Shown here one piece after another: positions 61,576 through 64,000 of a stretch of 64,000 bases of DNA. The stretch is from Camelus ferus (taxonomy: Eukaryota): contig NC_045697.1 in the NCBI RefSeq assembly GCF_009834535.1, forward strand, positions 31,436,001-31,500,000, read 5' to 3'. A program made the translations under genes and the position numbers. The notes under the pieces are model-generated. The model was not told the DNA's origin. It saw only the letters and a list, made by a program, of their open reading frames with translations, and searched no databases. Position 1 is the stretch's first letter, and each line of letters begins with the position of its first letter.

Positions 61576-62359
61576 TGTGATTGAGAACTGGTTTTGTAAT
61601 CGACTTTCTGTGTTTTTCAAGTTGAACCTAACCCAAGTGTTATTTACAGGTTAAAAAAAAAAAAATCCCACTTTTTTCTAAGGTATTTTGAAAACTTTCT
61701 CCCATCTCAGATTTTCAATCACTCTTCCTGTTCCTGCTAACCTCTTTGATTTTTAAAAATGGATTTCTATTTTGAATTTTTTTTTGCCCTAAATAATCAG
61801 TTTTGTCCCAACTAAATCAAAGGTAAACTGTCCGGACCTTGTGAAATATTTATACATGTGGGTGAAGTAAGACTTTTGCAGCATCAATAACAAGTACTCT
61901 GTTTGACCTAACAGGGTGCTGTTTCATTGCTTTTTTTATTTGCTCAATCACTCAAAATCTTTCAGTATGAAAGGGCCTGATCTGCCCACATCACATCTTC
62001 TTTCTTTCCTAACTGACCTTTTGCCATATCACTGTATTTATTTTTTACGAGTTCATATTCTTCTTGCTTTTGAAAGGTATCCTGTGTTTTGAGTGGCACA
62101 ACACTATTTCTTTGAGTAATTCCCGTCATACCTCTGATAATAAAACTGAAAAAAAAATCTCTTATAGCTATATATTTTTTCTGTTCCAGAATAAAAAGTG
62201 ATTTTAAAGAGGACAGTAACAGTTATTAAAAGTGGTCATTGTTACTTGATTCATCTACTGGAGTTAGAAAGCTCTGGTGGTGTTAGAAAGCTGAAATAGC
62301 TTGTGCTTTAAAAAAAAAAAACTTTTAAATTGATTTTATGGTTCAAAATTTTAAGAGAT

Positions 62360-62875
62360 ATCTTTAATTGCAAACAGTAAAATAAAGCTGTGTCTTCTTA
62401 GGAAAATGGGATTGTAGTAAAGGATATCAGACAGATTTGCAGAAGCTATGGAATGGCCAGAGAGACAGGCTCTTAATTTATGCATTCAGAGTCCCCAAAT
62501 GCATTTGGATGTTCTAGCAAGAACACCATAGCAGCTGCTGGTGAGCACCCACACCATAGCAAGCACAGACTCTGTCTTGCACAGGATTCGGGGGCCGCAG
62601 CTGTAATCACACAGGTGGAGCTTGACATGTCGTCTACATCCATCTGTATGAAGCTATTTGCCTGTGTTGTCACCCTCACTAAAACAGAGATTCCTCACAT
62701 ATCTGTCCACTTCCTCTCATCACATCACAGACTGTTCAGGTGCTTGTTTGTGCTGACCTTTCCAGGATCGCTGAGAAAGCAAATTTTCTGATTTCCACCA
62801 TAGAAAAATGGGAAATATAGTATAAAAAATGATCAAAAAGTAGGGAAGGTGTTCAAACTTGTCAAAGGGCCATAT
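62360..62875 (-). mobile_element. Probable very old MaLR LTR (MLT1M/N-like)
   Basis: Weak resemblance to the blocks at 17783 and 43196; overlapping ORFs show no recognisable protein. Confidence 0.35.
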
Positions 62876-63764
62876 GTTTCCATGGCAGCCACACCTACCT
62901 TCTTAACATCCTCTTCCACCTCACTTAAACTTCCAAATGTCAACAACGATCCCACTAACACTAGGCAACTACCCTTTATTAAGAAGGAAACACACCCACT
63001 CTCTCCCGCAGACAGCACATACTGATGTCTAACCGCTGACTGTAGCCAGTTCTGCTTTTTCTAGTTCCATCTCTGTCCTATCTTGCTATCTCTAATCTGT
63101 GAATTATTACCCACCACTACTATGCCATATATAAAATAGTAGAACACAATAGGGACAAAAAAAAAAGTAAAATTGGGTCAAATAAATAAAGATAAATATA
63201 TAAATGGCAAAACCAGAAAGGGGATTGAGAAAATATTACCCCTTCTGTTTCAGCAGCCAGATGGGAGGCCATACACTGATGCCATAGCTTCACTAACCAT
63301 CCAGTGTTCCGTCTGTCCCCATTTAGCACCTCAGCTTATCATGATGCTTTGCCTGAGCAGGAGACCGAGTTTTCATTCAGTAGGTTTCTGATGGTCCCTC
63401 CTGAACAAAGTCATTAAAGTAATCCAAGTGCTCTAAGCATTGGACATGGCAGTGGCTAAGTACCTAAGATGCTAAGAGGAGGTCCTACCTTCCTGACATA
63501 TTCCTTGTGCCTTGAATGTAACATCAAAGTCCGTAGTTATAACCAAGTGAAAAAACGGTTTTGCAAACTTTTTTTTTTGAAGATGAATACATTAATCTAA
63601 GGCATCAGCTAAAATCCTACGTTGTTGAATGTGAGTGAATCATTCCTGTCCCTTATTGACAAATGTAGATAATGGGGACACAAGCAGAGCTGATTTCTGG
63701 TATCATAGAATGAACCCTTCCCCATGAGTTATGCAACTGCTAGTCTCAGTCTGCTGAAGCTAAC

Positions 63765-63990
63765 AGTAGTGTCAGCGAGCAGTTATTGAGGACTTAATTC
63801 ATGCTACATATATTCACATGTGTTATCATATTTTATTGTAAGCAACACCCTATGAGTTGGATACAACTATGTTTGCCAAATTACAGAACGGGGAACTGAG
63901 TCTGAGACAAGTGAGGCCGCGTACTTAACGGCATCCGCCTTAGGGATGGCGGTGTCTTTACTCCAGAGCCCACAGGCTGAGCCGCCGTGC
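63765..63990 (-). mobile_element. MIR SINE, CpG-rich at its right end
   Basis: 'ttattgaggacttaa...caacaccctatgagttggatac...ttacagaacggggaactgagtctgaga...actccagagccc'. Confidence 0.8.
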
Positions 63991-64000
63991 GCCCCGTAGG

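Noticed and set aside
62473..63018. Cluster of overlapping ORFs
   Set aside because: No recognisable protein; largely overlaps a probable old LTR
1..64000. A novel multi-gene biological system
   Set aside because: No host coding exons or unexplained long ORFs found; the structured signals fit known retrotransposition and repair mechanisms

Overview
AT-rich mammalian genomic DNA, most likely from a camelid (camel/alpaca/llama): two tRNA-derived SINEs match my recollection of the camelid Vic-1 family. I can support no intact protein-coding gene, rRNA, full tRNA or CRISPR array, and the window reads as intergenic or deep-intronic. Most recognisable sequence is transposable-element debris: L1 of several ages, L2, L3/CR1, MIR, MaLR (MLT1) and ERVL (MLT2, LTR33-like, internal) pieces, one ERV1-type solo LTR, and DNA transposon fossils (MER5A, MER20, MER58, Charlie1, Tigger2-like). 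The only recognisable peptides in the ORF track are L1 ORF2 remnants and one ERVL remnant. The best observations are footprints of L1 retrotransposition. They are a tailless retrocopy of the 5' half of tRNA-Gly(TCC) with a perfect 19-bp target-site duplication (49669-49744), a probable L1 3' transduction (38535-38942), two twin-priming inversions, an orphan L1 5' terminus and a doubly truncated young L1. There is also a candidate 64-nt exon and rising CpG density at the right edge. These are instances of known mechanisms; I found no evidence of a new biological system. Family names come from recalled consensus motifs, not a database search, and boundaries of old repeats are approximate.
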